A stretch of DNA of 64,000 nt from an uncultured Methylomirabilota bacterium. Lineage in GTDB: Bacteria; Methylomirabilota; Methylomirabilia; Methylomirabilales; 2-02-FULL-66-22. Numbering within the stretch: position 1 is the stretch's first letter; each line of letters starts with the position of its first letter. The stretch is taken from assembly GCA_963845565.1 (NCBI GenBank), contig CAWJSJ010000002.1, positions 480,001 through 544,000 on the forward strand, given 5' to 3'. Made by a program: the position numbers and the translations under genes. Shown piece after piece: positions 21,663 through 30,870 of the stretch. The notes under the pieces were generated by a model. That model ran no database searches. It was not told where the DNA came from and saw only the letters and a program-made list of their open reading frames with translations.

Positions 21663-22732
21663 TCAGGCCACTCCCAGCCGCGTCCGCAGGATCCGGCTCG
21701 TCTGGCCGAGCAGCTGGAAGACGCGCTCCGCGTCCGCGACCGGCAGCGAACCGGTGCCGCAGGAGGGCGTGATCACCGCCTGCCGCATGATCAGCTCGCG
21801 GCTCGAGCCCGGTGGCCTTGGCCAGGTTGTCCACCAGCCGCGTCGAACTTCGCCACCAGGCTCTCCGACCGTCTGCGCCTGGATCTTGGCGCTGTTGGTC
21901 GGCACGACGCCCCACGCCAGCGCCTTGCCGGCTTCGAGGTGGCGCTTCACCGCCTCCGGATACAGGGCGATGGTCTCGCCGTAGTCGAACGCGTCGAAGT
22001 TGACGATGATCCACGCCGGCGTCGATCAGGATCGACCACTCGGTGTTGCCGCAGCAGTGGACGCCCGGCCAGCGCGCCCTCGGCGTGCACGGCCTCGATC
22101 ACCTCGCCCAGCTTCGCCACCACGTCGTCGCGCGTGACGCTGACGTAGGTGGAGGAGCCGAAGGCCGACAGGATCGGCTCGTCGATGAAGCAGATGACGC
22201 CGCTCGGCGTACGGGCTGAACTTGCGGATCTGCCAGCGGCACTTCATCGCCAGCGCCTTGACCACCACGTCGACGAACTCCTCGTTGTAGTAGATGGCGC
22301 GCTTGTTCTCGTCGACGATGGTCAGCCCGAAGCTGATCGGCCCGGTGGTCTGCACCTTCACGAACGGGCGCTTGCCGCCCGGCCGCCTTCAGCGCCGCTT
22401 CCATCGCGTAGATGCCCTTGCGAGAACTCCGGCGTGATCGCGGAAGCAGTCGACGTTCTCGGCCAGGAACTTCTCGTAGAAGGTGGCCAGATCCATCGAA
22501 GTGTCGCCGGTGGTGTCGATGTACATGCGCTCCTTCTCGCGGTCGATCACCACGCGCGGCAGGCCCTCGGAGTACTGGATCTCCATCTGCTCGTTCAGCC
22601 CGCTGCGCCGGCAGCTGCGGCCAGATCGGGGCGTCGGGGATGTTGTCGAGGACGACGCGCACGGCGTCTTCGGCCTTGGCGTGCGGCAGGCTGCCGATAG
22701 CCGGTGGCCAGACATCGGGGCTGGAAACTCAT
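21663..22732 (-). CDS. Core (folate-independent) methionine synthase, MesB-like; frameshifted
   Basis: ATG.GSLPH...PIWPQLP; KVQTTGPISFG; FIDEP; GVHCCGN; LAWGVVPT; ITPSCG; MetE C-terminal-like Zn ligands, no folate-binding half. Confidence 0.75.
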
Positions 22733-22744
22733 GGGAGCGCTCCT

Positions 22745-23550
22745 TCTCTGATCCTCGAACCGTTGGGTCAGCATCCGCTGCATCGCGCGGAATGGGGCGA
22801 GCAGATCGTCCTGGCCCGCAGTCCACCAGCGATTGACCGTGCCGGTCGGCCTGCGCGATGCGCGGATCGAACGGGATCGCAGCCGAGCAGCTGCGTCGGC
22901 GCCGAATTCCTCGACCGATCCAGCGCGTGTCCTCCGCGATCGCCGTCGATTTGTTCAGCACGACCGCGAAGCGCCGGATGCCGAGCGCGGCGGCCATCTC
23001 GCGCACGCGGTGCGCCGTCTCGACGCTGCGCCGCCCCGGCTCCACCACCACCAGCATCAGGTCGACGCCCATGGCGGTGCCGCGCCCGAGGTGCTCGATG
23101 CCGGCCTCCATGTCCAGGATCACCACGTCGCTCGCGGCGCAGCACCAGGTGCGCGCACCAGAGCCTTCAGCAGCACGCTCTCCGGGACAGGCGCAGCCGC
23201 CCGCCGCGCGCTGCGCCGCGCCCGAGCACCAGCAGATCGACGTCCCGGCGTGGCGCGTGCCGTACTGCTCGGCGATGCCGCTCACGTCGGGGTTCAGCCT
23301 GAACATCTGCCCGAACTCGCTGCACCTTGGCCCCGGTGCGCTCCTCGATGAGCTGCCGCTCCTCGGAGATGGTGTGGATCGAGCGGCGCAGCTCTGCGGG
23401 CACGCCCAGCGCCGAGGCCAGGTTGGCATCCGGGTCGGCATCGATGGCCAGCACCCGGCGCCCCTCGGCCGCGAACAGCCGCGCCAGCGTCCCGGCCAGG
23501 GTGGACTTCCCCACCCCTCCCTTCCCCGTGATGGCCAGCTTCAGTCCCAC
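22745..23550 (-). CDS. cooC: Second CooC-type Ni-insertion ATPase; frameshifted, 3' end approximate
   Basis: LKLAITGKGGVGKST, IDADPDANLA, GGCACP, DMEAGIEHLGRGT. Confidence 0.9.
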
Positions 23551-23561
23551 CGTTCCCCCAC

Positions 23562-23592
23562 AATCCCCGAATCGCCCAGTCGCCGACTCGCC
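23562..23592. repeat. 8-bp-period tandem motif (A[A/G/C]TC[G/C]CC[G/C]), 4 units
   Basis: aatccccg-aatcgccc-agtcgccg-actcgcc; same family as the nuo-operon octamers. Confidence 0.5.
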
Positions 23593-24509
23593 TACTTCCC
23601 CCGCCGCCCGCGCACCACCCCCGCGATGGCCTTGATGTGCGCGGGCGTGCTGCCGCAGCAGGCCCCCACGATCCGTGCCCCGGCGTCCAGGATCGCCGGG
23701 AACGCGGCCGCCATGCCCTCGGGCGAGAGATCGTAGACCGTTTTGTCCCCGACGATCTTGGGGATGCCGGCGTTGGGGTAGGCCGCCAGGAAGCCGGGAG
23801 TCGCCGTTCGCATCTCCGCCAGGATGGCCGGTACGCGCCCCGGCCCCCCGTCGCCGCAATTGCAGCAGACGATGTCGGCGCCGGCCGCGACCAGCTGCCG
23901 GGCAGCCTCGGCGGGGCTGGTCCCCCACATGGTCCGGTCGGTGCCCTTGGCGGCGTTGTACTGGAAGGTCATGCTGCACATCACCGGCAGCCCGGTCGCC
24001 TCCTTGGCCGCCTTGATGGCCAGCACCGCCTCGTCCGGGATCATCATGGTCTCGATGGCGAACAGATCCACACCGCCCTCGGCCAACGCCACGGCCTGCT
24101 CGCGGAAGCTCTCGTAAAACAGCTCCGCCGGCGTGTCGCCCAGCGGCTCGAAGGTGTCGGGCAGGTGACCCGTCGGGCCGACGGAGCCCGCCACCAAGCC
24201 GCCCGCAGGGCAGACGGCCCGAGCCAGGCGCGCCCCCTTTTCATTCAGCTCCCGACAGCGCTCCGCCAATCCATAGGCCTTCAACTTGAGCTGGGTTCCC
24301 CCGAAGGTGTTGGTCTCGATCATGTCGCTGCCCGCCTCGAGGTAGGCGCGATGGACACCCTGGAGGACCTCCGGCCGCTCCGCGTTCCACAATTCCGGAC
24401 AGGCGCCGGGCGCCAGCCCCGCGGCGAACAGCATCGTTCCCATCGCCCCGTCGAAGACCAGCACCTCGGACTGCAGTCGCTCCAGCAAGCCCTTCCCCCG
24501 AGATTCCAT
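23592..24509 (-). CDS. Homocysteine S-methyltransferase domain protein (stand-alone MetH Hcy domain)
   Basis: VFDGAMGT, ETNTFG, GSVGPTG, IETM, CCNC, YPNAG, GACCGS Zn motif; intact ORF. Confidence 0.9.
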   Translation of the reverse strand: MESRGKGLLERLQSEVLVFDGAMGTMLFAAGLAPGACPELWNAERPEVLQGVHRAYLEAGSDMIETNTFGGTQLKLKAYGLAERCRELNEKGARLARAVCPAGGLVAGSVGPTGHLPDTFEPLGDTPAELFYESFREQAVALAEGGVDLFAIETMMIPDEAVLAIKAAKEATGLPVMCSMTFQYNAAKGTDRTMWGTSPAEAARQLVAAGADIVCCNCGDGGPGRVPAILAEMRTATPGFLAAYPNAGIPKIVGDKTVYDLSPEGMAAAFPAILDAGARIVGACCGSTPAHIKAIAGVVRGRRGK

Positions 24510-24695
24510 GCCCACACACTCCTTCTCATGAGTAGGACGGGAAGACGATCGTTGTCGCAGGCGGTTGTCCCACCGGAAGCACATTATCCGGAGGCGGCCT
24601 GGTTTGGTATAGACGCGGATGGTCGAAAGATGGAACACTCTTGCTGTCATCCGAGCCATGGGGCGGGATTTTTCCACAATTTCGGGCATCGCGGC

Positions 24696-25922
24696 ATGAA
24701 ACATCGATCGTTGTTGCCACCGGGCACCCTCCGGCGGATCCGCGGAGAATACCGTCGGCGCTACGGGCTGGAGGCCCATCCGGTCTCCTGCGACGGCTCG
24801 GTCCTGAACGGACCCTCGTCCGCCGTCCGCAATCTGCCCCTTCTGAAGCGGGCCCGCGCCGACGCCCTGCAAGAGAGCGTGCGCTGGGGGGAGCCCTACT
24901 CGTTTTTCCTGACCCCCGGGATCGTCTCCTGGATCGTGCCGGGGGTGGACGGCGAGGTCGTGCACGGGGGCCTCGGCGGAGGCGAGGTGCGCTCCCACGA
25001 GGACCCGCAGGACCGCAGCGAGGCCGTCAATTATCTCCTGAGCGCGGGCGCGACTCGTCCCGCAGCCGAACGCTATGTGAGCGGCCTACCGATCTGGCCT
25101 CAGTCCCGCACACCTGAGGCGGAGGCCTGGCTGCTCGCGCGCCTCTACATTCTGACAGGCTGGAAGCCCACCCTTCTCGATCGCAATCGCGAGAACGCCC
25201 AGCAGCAAGGACAGATCGCCGAGGAGATCCACCGGCGCAAGACCGCCGATCCGGGCGCCTATCCGCTGGATCAGGAGCGGGAGCTCCTGGCCCTGATCCG
25301 GGTCGGCGATCGGGTTGGCGTGCGCCGCGGCCTGAACCGGCTGATCGCCCACGTCTTCGTCCATTCCACGCGAATCCCCCTGGTGCAGGCCCGCATGATC
25401 GAGCTGCTGGGGTACCTGGTGCGGGCCGCGGTGGAGGACAATCCCGCGCTCGATTCCCTGGTCGAGCGCCACATCCAGTGGATCGAGCGCGTGATCGCCG
25501 CCAAGGACTTCGAGGGCTCCTGCGCCGCCCTGCGCGAGGCGCTGGACGAGTTCATCGACCAGATCGGGCTCCAGGGGTTCAACCGGCACAACCGCCACGT
25601 CAGCCGGATCCTGGAATTCCTCTCGCAGAACTACACGCGCACGATCCGCCTGGACGAGGCCGCCGCGCGGGCCGGCCTGAGCCGGTTTCGCGTGGCCCAC
25701 CTGGTCAAGGAATGCACCGGGAAGACCATCCAGCAGCACATCAAGCGCCTGCGCATCCAGAAGGCGCGGACCTGGCTGGAAGAGACCGACAAGGACTTCG
25801 CCGACATCGCGCACGAATTGGGGTTCTCGGACCAGAGCCACTTCATCCGCCATTTCCGCGACGTGACGGGTCTGACGCCCGCCCGGTACCGGCGCACCGT
25901 CGCCCTCGGGAAGACCTCATGA
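24696..25922 (+). CDS. AraC-family regulator with PocR-like N-terminal sensor
   Basis: C-terminal double HTH (IRLDEAA...IAHELGFSDQSHFIRHF...TPARYR); divergent from the acs cluster. Confidence 0.88.
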   Translation: MKHRSLLPPGTLRRIRGEYRRRYGLEAHPVSCDGSVLNGPSSAVRNLPLLKRARADALQESVRWGEPYSFFLTPGIVSWIVPGVDGEVVHGGLGGGEVRSHEDPQDRSEAVNYLLSAGATRPAAERYVSGLPIWPQSRTPEAEAWLLARLYILTGWKPTLLDRNRENAQQQGQIAEEIHRRKTADPGAYPLDQERELLALIRVGDRVGVRRGLNRLIAHVFVHSTRIPLVQARMIELLGYLVRAAVEDNPALDSLVERHIQWIERVIAAKDFEGSCAALREALDEFIDQIGLQGFNRHNRHVSRILEFLSQNYTRTIRLDEAAARAGLSRFRVAHLVKECTGKTIQQHIKRLRIQKARTWLEETDKDFADIAHELGFSDQSHFIRHFRDVTGLTPARYRRTVALGKTS

Positions 25923-26518
25923 GCCTGCAGGATGCGCAGCGCGAGGCCGTGCGCCGCGCCGCCGCCGATCTTGTCGGGGTCGAGATGGCTTCGCGCTGCC
26001 GGCTGCTCGGGCTGCCCCAGCCGCAGGCGGGCGCGGTTCGCTTCCGGGCCTTCGGCCTGAACCTGGTCCTGCGCCTCCCAGGTTTCGATCTCACGCTGGC
26101 CGAGGGGAGCGCGCCCGCCCGGCTCGGAGATCAACTGCTTGTCTTGCACTACCTGCGGTGCGCCGTGTCGCCGGCGCCGACCGGCGAGCCGATCAACTTC
26201 CGAGATTTGCCGGGCGGCCGGGTCTACTGGCAGCCGTTCCTGTCCCGCAGCATCGCGCCGCTGCTGCGCGCGATCGGCAACGATCTGGAGCGGCTCACGC
26301 GCCACCTGGACCGCTTCGACTGGCAGCCGGTGGCGGCGGGGGACCTGGGGGCCCGTATTCACGCCCTCGGCAGGATCGAGGCCACGCTGGTCTATCGAAA
26401 AGGCGACGAGGAGTTCGGGCCGACCGCAGAGTTGCTCTTCGACGCCTGCATCAGGCGCGTCTACACGACAGAGGACGTGGCGTACCTCGCGGGCCGAATC
26501 TGCCTCGGCTTGCTATGA
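25919..26518 (+). CDS. DUF3786-like protein
   Basis: LLVLHYL...INFRDLPGG..Y...F..R; GDEEF...A.LLFD...TEDV; ATGA overlap. Confidence 0.75.
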   Translation: MSLQDAQREAVRRAAADLVGVEMASRCRLLGLPQPQAGAVRFRAFGLNLVLRLPGFDLTLAEGSAPARLGDQLLVLHYLRCAVSPAPTGEPINFRDLPGGRVYWQPFLSRSIAPLLRAIGNDLERLTRHLDRFDWQPVAAGDLGARIHALGRIEATLVYRKGDEEFGPTAELLFDACIRRVYTTEDVAYLAGRICLGLL

Positions 26519-26643
26519 TGGGTCGCTGAAAAAGGCCCATCTGTGTCGTTGGCACGCCTCGGCACTCGCTGCGGCGTACCTCCAGTACGCCTCGCTCGGC
26601 CTGTGGCGCGCCGCCTTGCATCTGGACCTTTTTGAGCAACCCA
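26519..26643. repeat. Palindromic MITE/REP-like element, copy 2 (125 bp)
   Basis: TGGGTCGCTGAAAAAGGCCCATCTG...CTCGCTGCGGCGTACCTC...GCCGCCTTGCATCTGGACCTTTTTGAGCAACCCA; starts right after a TGA stop. Confidence 0.8.
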
Positions 26644-26690
26644 AGCGTACGCAGATTCGTCAGCAGACTGCAGGGATGAGAGGAGAGTCG

Positions 26691-27290
26691 ATGATGCCGC
26701 GCTGCCCGGGTCAGGATCTGCGCTTCTGGACCCCCAAAGATATCTTCGACGTCGGCTGTCCGCACTGCGGCAGGACGATCGAATTCTGGAAGGACGACCC
26801 CAGCCGCCGCTGCCCCGGCTGCGGCCGCGAGGCGCGCAATCCGCGTCTGGATCTGGGTTGCGCCGAATGGTGCAAGTACGCCGCGGAGTGCCTCGGGCAG
26901 GGCGCGGTGGGCTCAGCCGCGGTGGCGCCGGTGATCGACCGGCTGGAGCTGCTCCTCGACGGCTACTGCGCGACCGATCCGCAGGCCGGGCCCCGCGCCC
27001 GCCGCTGCCTGGGCCGCGCCCAGCAGATCATCCTGGCGGACCAGGTCGACCCGTGCGTCCTGCAGACCGCGGCACTCCTGGTGGGAGCGCTGGCCGAGCG
27101 GGGCGCCCCCGGCCCCGAAGAATCCACAGCCATCCAGGCCATGCTGGAACGGGCCGGCATCGCCGCGGAGGTCGCGCGCCGGATCCGCGACCTGGTGCAG
27201 GCGGTACGCTCCAGCAGGGCCCTCCCCGGCCCGGAATATCGCGCCCTGGCGAAACTCTGGAGCCTGGAGGGGCCCTCCCCCGGCGCCTAA
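26691..27290 (+). CDS. Cys-rich N-terminal domain plus degenerate HD-like domain protein
   Basis: RCPGQD...CPHCG..IEFWKDD...CPGCG...GCAEWCKYAAEC; C-terminal helices look HD-like but read AALLVGA rather than a LHD motif. Confidence 0.65.
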   Translation: MMPRCPGQDLRFWTPKDIFDVGCPHCGRTIEFWKDDPSRRCPGCGREARNPRLDLGCAEWCKYAAECLGQGAVGSAAVAPVIDRLELLLDGYCATDPQAGPRARRCLGRAQQIILADQVDPCVLQTAALLVGALAERGAPGPEESTAIQAMLERAGIAAEVARRIRDLVQAVRSSRALPGPEYRALAKLWSLEGPSPGA

Positions 27291-27400
27291 CCCGGACCAT
27301 TCATGAACACGTAAGGAGCATCTCATCTCATCAGGCTCACGCGCGCGGCGCGGGACGGAACGCGTGTCCGGGCGAGCGCGAGGGCAGCCTCCTTCCGCAA

Positions 27401-28109
27401 TTTGGCCTGATGTTGCTGATCAACATCAAGGCGCGCCGCGGGAACTGGCCGCGGCCAACCGAGCGGGTCGCGGCGGCCGACGTCTGGCGCGCCGGCCGCC
27501 GAGCCATTATTCCCCTGATGACCCCCCAACATCATTTTCGGCGGGATCTTCTCGGGGGCCACGACCATAACCGAGTCGGCCGTCCTGGCCGTCGCCTACG
27601 CCGTGGTCGTGGGAACGATGGTCTTCAAGGAGATGTCCTGGCGGGCGACCTGGCGGATTTTCGTGGCGTCGGCCAGCACCAGCGGTATCGCCATGCTCTT
27701 GGTGGGAACGGCCACCGTGTTCGGCTGGAGCCTTGTCACCCAGCGGCTGCCCCACATGATCGCCGAGTGGATGGGGTCCGTCTCCAGCTACCCCTGGGTC
27801 TTCCTGGCGCTCACCATCCTCCTCTACCTGATCTTCAGCGATCTTTTGGAGGGACTTCCGGCCCTCTTGATCTTCGCGCCCATCCTCTACCCGACCGCCG
27901 AGCAGCTGCACGTGGATCCGGTCCACTTCGGCATCGTCTCGATCGCCGCGCTGGGCCTCTCCCTTTCCTGCAGCCTGGCCGGGGCGAACATGAGCGACAC
28001 CGTCAAGGTGTTCTGGATCTACGTCCTGGTCCTGCTGGCCGGCCTCCTCGTCGTCGCCTTCTTCCCCGCCATCACGCTGGTTGCCCTGAAACTCGTTCCG
28101 GTCAGCTAA
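27401..28109 (+). pseudogene. dctM: Truncated dctM (no 5' half, frameshift near 27525, TPP.G segment deleted)
   Basis: AIIPLMTP / IIFGGIFSGATTITESAVLAVAYA / DPVHFG; the usual TPPVG segment is missing. Confidence 0.8.
27997..28109 (+). repeat. 113-bp direct repeat, copy 2
   Basis: Matches 11378-11490 with 3 mismatches. Confidence 0.9.
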
Positions 28110-29803
28110 TTTCCCCGCTCGACGAAGAGGTTCGCCAAGAGCTGATCCACCGGCGCGAAGTCGTCGGTCAGGGTGAGCGCCCGCCCCGAGGCGAGGTAGG
28201 CCGCCAGTCGCGCCTCGGGCAGGGCCACGGTGCGGAGGGCGGGCTCGGCGGACGTCGCCGCCGCGAGCCTGGCCCGGTCCAGCGGCTGTCGGCCGGCCAG
28301 GATCACGTAGGTGTTCCGGTCGAACGGCAACAGATCGTCGCTGCGGGCCAGGATGTGGACATGGGGGAAGACCCGCCGAAGCGCGTTGGCGTACGCCTTG
28401 AGGAATTCGCCGCCCTCCAGCTTGTCGATCACGTTCGCCAGGTAGATGCCGTCGGGCTTCAGCCGGGTGGCGAGCATCCGGTTGAACTCGACCGTCGTCA
28501 GGTGGTAGGGGATCGACAGGTCGTTGAAGGCGTCCCCGTAGATGATGTCGTACCGCTTCGGGTCGGCCCACTCCAACAGGAACGCGCGGGCGTCGTGGTT
28601 GAACGACCGGATCCGCGTCTCCCGCGAGAGCCCGAGGTGCTCGTGGGTCGCGCGCGTGACGGCGGGGTCGATCTCGATGACGTCCACGGACGCGTGGGGG
28701 TAGACCGCCTCGACGTAGCGCGGGAAGGTGTAGCCGCCCCCGCCGATGAAGAGGGTGTCCAGTCCCGTCCGCCCCGCCGCGTGCATCGCGGTCAGCTCGG
28801 CGTAGACCCGCTCGTAGCCGTAGCCCAGGACCGTCGGATCGTCGAGAACGACGTAGCTGTGGACGAGGCGGTCGAGCATGAGCGAACGCGCGCCGCGACC
28901 CCCCGCCGTCGCCTCCAGGATCTGGATGCAGAAGTAGTCGGATTCGATCCGACAGGGCGCGCGGTAGTGGCCGATGCTCCACCCCAGGCCGACCAGGGCG
29001 GCGATCGCGATCGCAACCCCGCCACTCCCAGTCGCGATCCGGCGCCAGCGCAGGCCGCCGGCAAGGATCAGCGCGGGGCCGAGGAGGACCGCCGGTAGGG
29101 CAAACAGCTCGACCGCCCGCCACGTGATTCCCGAGAGCGCCCCGCGGACCTCCAACAAGAAGGCCGCCGCGACGCCGAGCCCGGTCAGCGCAACAATCCC
29201 CAGGCCGCGACGCGGGCGCAGGAAATCGCCGACGGCCAATCCGATCAGCAGGAGACTCCCGCCCACGCCCCAGACGATCATCCGGGTTCCGAGCCAGGAG
29301 ATGAGCCAGAAGCCGGTGAGGAAGGTGCCGACGATCGAGCCGACCGTCGACACGGCGTAGATAGTGCCCACCGTGCTCCCCGTGCGCCCGAGATCCGCCA
29401 GGACGAGCTTGACGACGACGGGCGACACCATCCCGAGCACCAGGCTGGGGAGGAAGAAGATGGCCGTCGTGTAGAAGACGATCCGCGGCAGGATCGACAA
29501 CGGGAGGCGGGCGGCGACCACCAGGTCCGTCACCACCAGGATGCCGAGGCTGGCGATGCCGGCCGCGAGGAAGATCAAGCCGAGCGTCCGCCGGGACGGG
29601 GCGCGGTCCGCGACCCGGCCGCCCAGGTAGTTGCCGACCGACATGCCGGCCAGGACGATGCCGATGATGCTCGTCCAGGTGTACAGGGAGACCCCGAGGT
29701 AGGGGGCCATGATGCGCCCGGCGATGAGCTCGATGACCAACGTGCACGCGCTGCTCAAGAAGACGATCAGATACGCGATCCAGATTCGCCCGTTCGCAAA
29801 CAT
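28106..29803 (-). CDS. Fused membrane domain / spermidine synthase-like SAM-dependent protein
   Basis: ELIAGRIMAPYLGVSLYTWTSIIG TM block; LFIGGGGY, IEIDP, DAR, DIIYGDAF, HLTTVEF, LTDDFAPVD; GGAGG RBS. Confidence 0.88.
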   Translation of the reverse strand: MFANGRIWIAYLIVFLSSACTLVIELIAGRIMAPYLGVSLYTWTSIIGIVLAGMSVGNYLGGRVADRAPSRRTLGLIFLAAGIASLGILVVTDLVVAARLPLSILPRIVFYTTAIFFLPSLVLGMVSPVVVKLVLADLGRTGSTVGTIYAVSTVGSIVGTFLTGFWLISWLGTRMIVWGVGGSLLLIGLAVGDFLRPRRGLGIVALTGLGVAAAFLLEVRGALSGITWRAVELFALPAVLLGPALILAGGLRWRRIATGSGGVAIAIAALVGLGWSIGHYRAPCRIESDYFCIQILEATAGGRGARSLMLDRLVHSYVVLDDPTVLGYGYERVYAELTAMHAAGRTGLDTLFIGGGGYTFPRYVEAVYPHASVDVIEIDPAVTRATHEHLGLSRETRIRSFNHDARAFLLEWADPKRYDIIYGDAFNDLSIPYHLTTVEFNRMLATRLKPDGIYLANVIDKLEGGEFLKAYANALRRVFPHVHILARSDDLLPFDRNTYVILAGRQPLDRARLAAATSAEPALRTVALPEARLAAYLASGRALTLTDDFAPVDQLLANLFVERGN

Positions 29804-29924
29804 CTGCCTCCTCCCATATTCGAGTTGCGCGGGGCAACATACAGGGGAGAAGGCATCGCTGTCAATCGCGGCGAAGGTGTTCGACCATCCCTGAGGTCGA
29901 GAGCTGGCCGACGGGGCCGGCACA

Positions 29925-30734
29925 TCACGACGGCGACAGGACCATCCCGCCGCAGACGCAGACCACCTGGCCGGTGACGTAGTCGGAGAGGTCGGTCGCG
30001 AGGAATTCCACGACTTTGGCGCAGTCCTCGGGGGTTCCGAGCCGGCGTAGCGGTATCCGCTTCTCTTGCTCAGCGGTCTTGACGGGGTCCACGCCGCGGC
30101 CGAACTGGACCATGGCTCGCGAGGTGATCACTACCCCGGGCGCAATCGCATTGACGGTGACATTATGCGGGCCCAACTCGCCCGCCAGGAGGCGCGTGTA
30201 CTCGGCGACGCCGGCCTTGGACACACAGTAGTGGGCGAGGGCACCCGTATCGTTTCCCCGCAGTCCGGCCTGGGACGAGACGTTGATGATCTTGCCGCTC
30301 TTCTGCGCCTTCATGTGCGGTGCGACCGCCTGGCAGCAGAAGATCGTGCTCATCAGGTTGACGTCCAGGATGAACCGCGCGTCCGCCTCGGGCATCATCG
30401 AGGCGAAGCCCCGCTCGAAGGGCGTCAGCGCGCCCCCGGCGTTGTTGACCAGGATGTCGATCCGCCCGAGTTCGCGCACGATCTGCTCGACCATGACGTC
30501 CACCTGGTCTTTCCGGGTGACGTCGGCCTGAATGCCGAGCGACCGCCCGCCGCAGGCGCGGACCTCGTCCATCACCGTCGGCGCCGAGAGCGGCTCGTTG
30601 AATTCCCGTGCGGCGTCCAGGTTGACGTCGTTGATCACCACGTCGGCGCCGGCCGCCGCCAGGCGCAGGGCGTAGGCCCGCCCAAGACCCCGCCCGCTCC
30701 CCGTCACCAGCGCAACCTTCCCGCGAAGCTTCAT
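29925..30734 (-). CDS. SDR family oxidoreductase
   Basis: TGSGRGLG, NNAG, YCVSK catalytic motif, NAIAPG. Confidence 0.93.
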   Translation of the reverse strand: MKLRGKVALVTGSGRGLGRAYALRLAAAGADVVINDVNLDAAREFNEPLSAPTVMDEVRACGGRSLGIQADVTRKDQVDVMVEQIVRELGRIDILVNNAGGALTPFERGFASMMPEADARFILDVNLMSTIFCCQAVAPHMKAQKSGKIINVSSQAGLRGNDTGALAHYCVSKAGVAEYTRLLAGELGPHNVTVNAIAPGVVITSRAMVQFGRGVDPVKTAEQEKRIPLRRLGTPEDCAKVVEFLATDLSDYVTGQVVCVCGGMVLSPS

Positions 30735-30749
30735 TGAGGCCTCCCCTGG

Positions 30750-30833
30750 AACCACAGATTCCGCAGATTACGCAGATGTCTTCGGACTGGGCCCCGTTTT
30801 GGAGAATCTGTGCAATCTGTGAAATCTGTGGTT
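30750..30833. repeat. Inverted repeat built from 9-bp units (NN[C]NCAGATT / AATCTGTGN)
   Basis: aaccacagatt-ccgcagatt-acgcagat ... atctgtgc-aatctgtga-aatctgtggtt. Confidence 0.75.
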
Positions 30834-30870
30834 TCCGTTGCTCCACCCCCGTCGTCCTCGTCCAATTCGT

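Noticed and set aside
20032..21984. Long ORF-track entries such as 20032-21984, 26858-29098, 39151-41589, 42775-44070, 54093-55994
   Set aside because: Antisense or off-frame shadows of real genes in GC-rich DNA with no family motifs; only the 3' end of 42775-44070 (chrA remnant) and a short dctM stretch in 26858-29098 are real.
12430..23335. Calling the acs genes true pseudogenes or a recoding system
   Set aside because: Active-site motifs and codon bias are intact and the indels look like consensus noise; cannot be settled without reads.
24510..24695. Cobalamin or SAM riboswitch ahead of the methyltransferase/acs operon
   Set aside because: No B12-box or S-box core recognisable; the region is short and looks like a divergent protein-regulated promoter.
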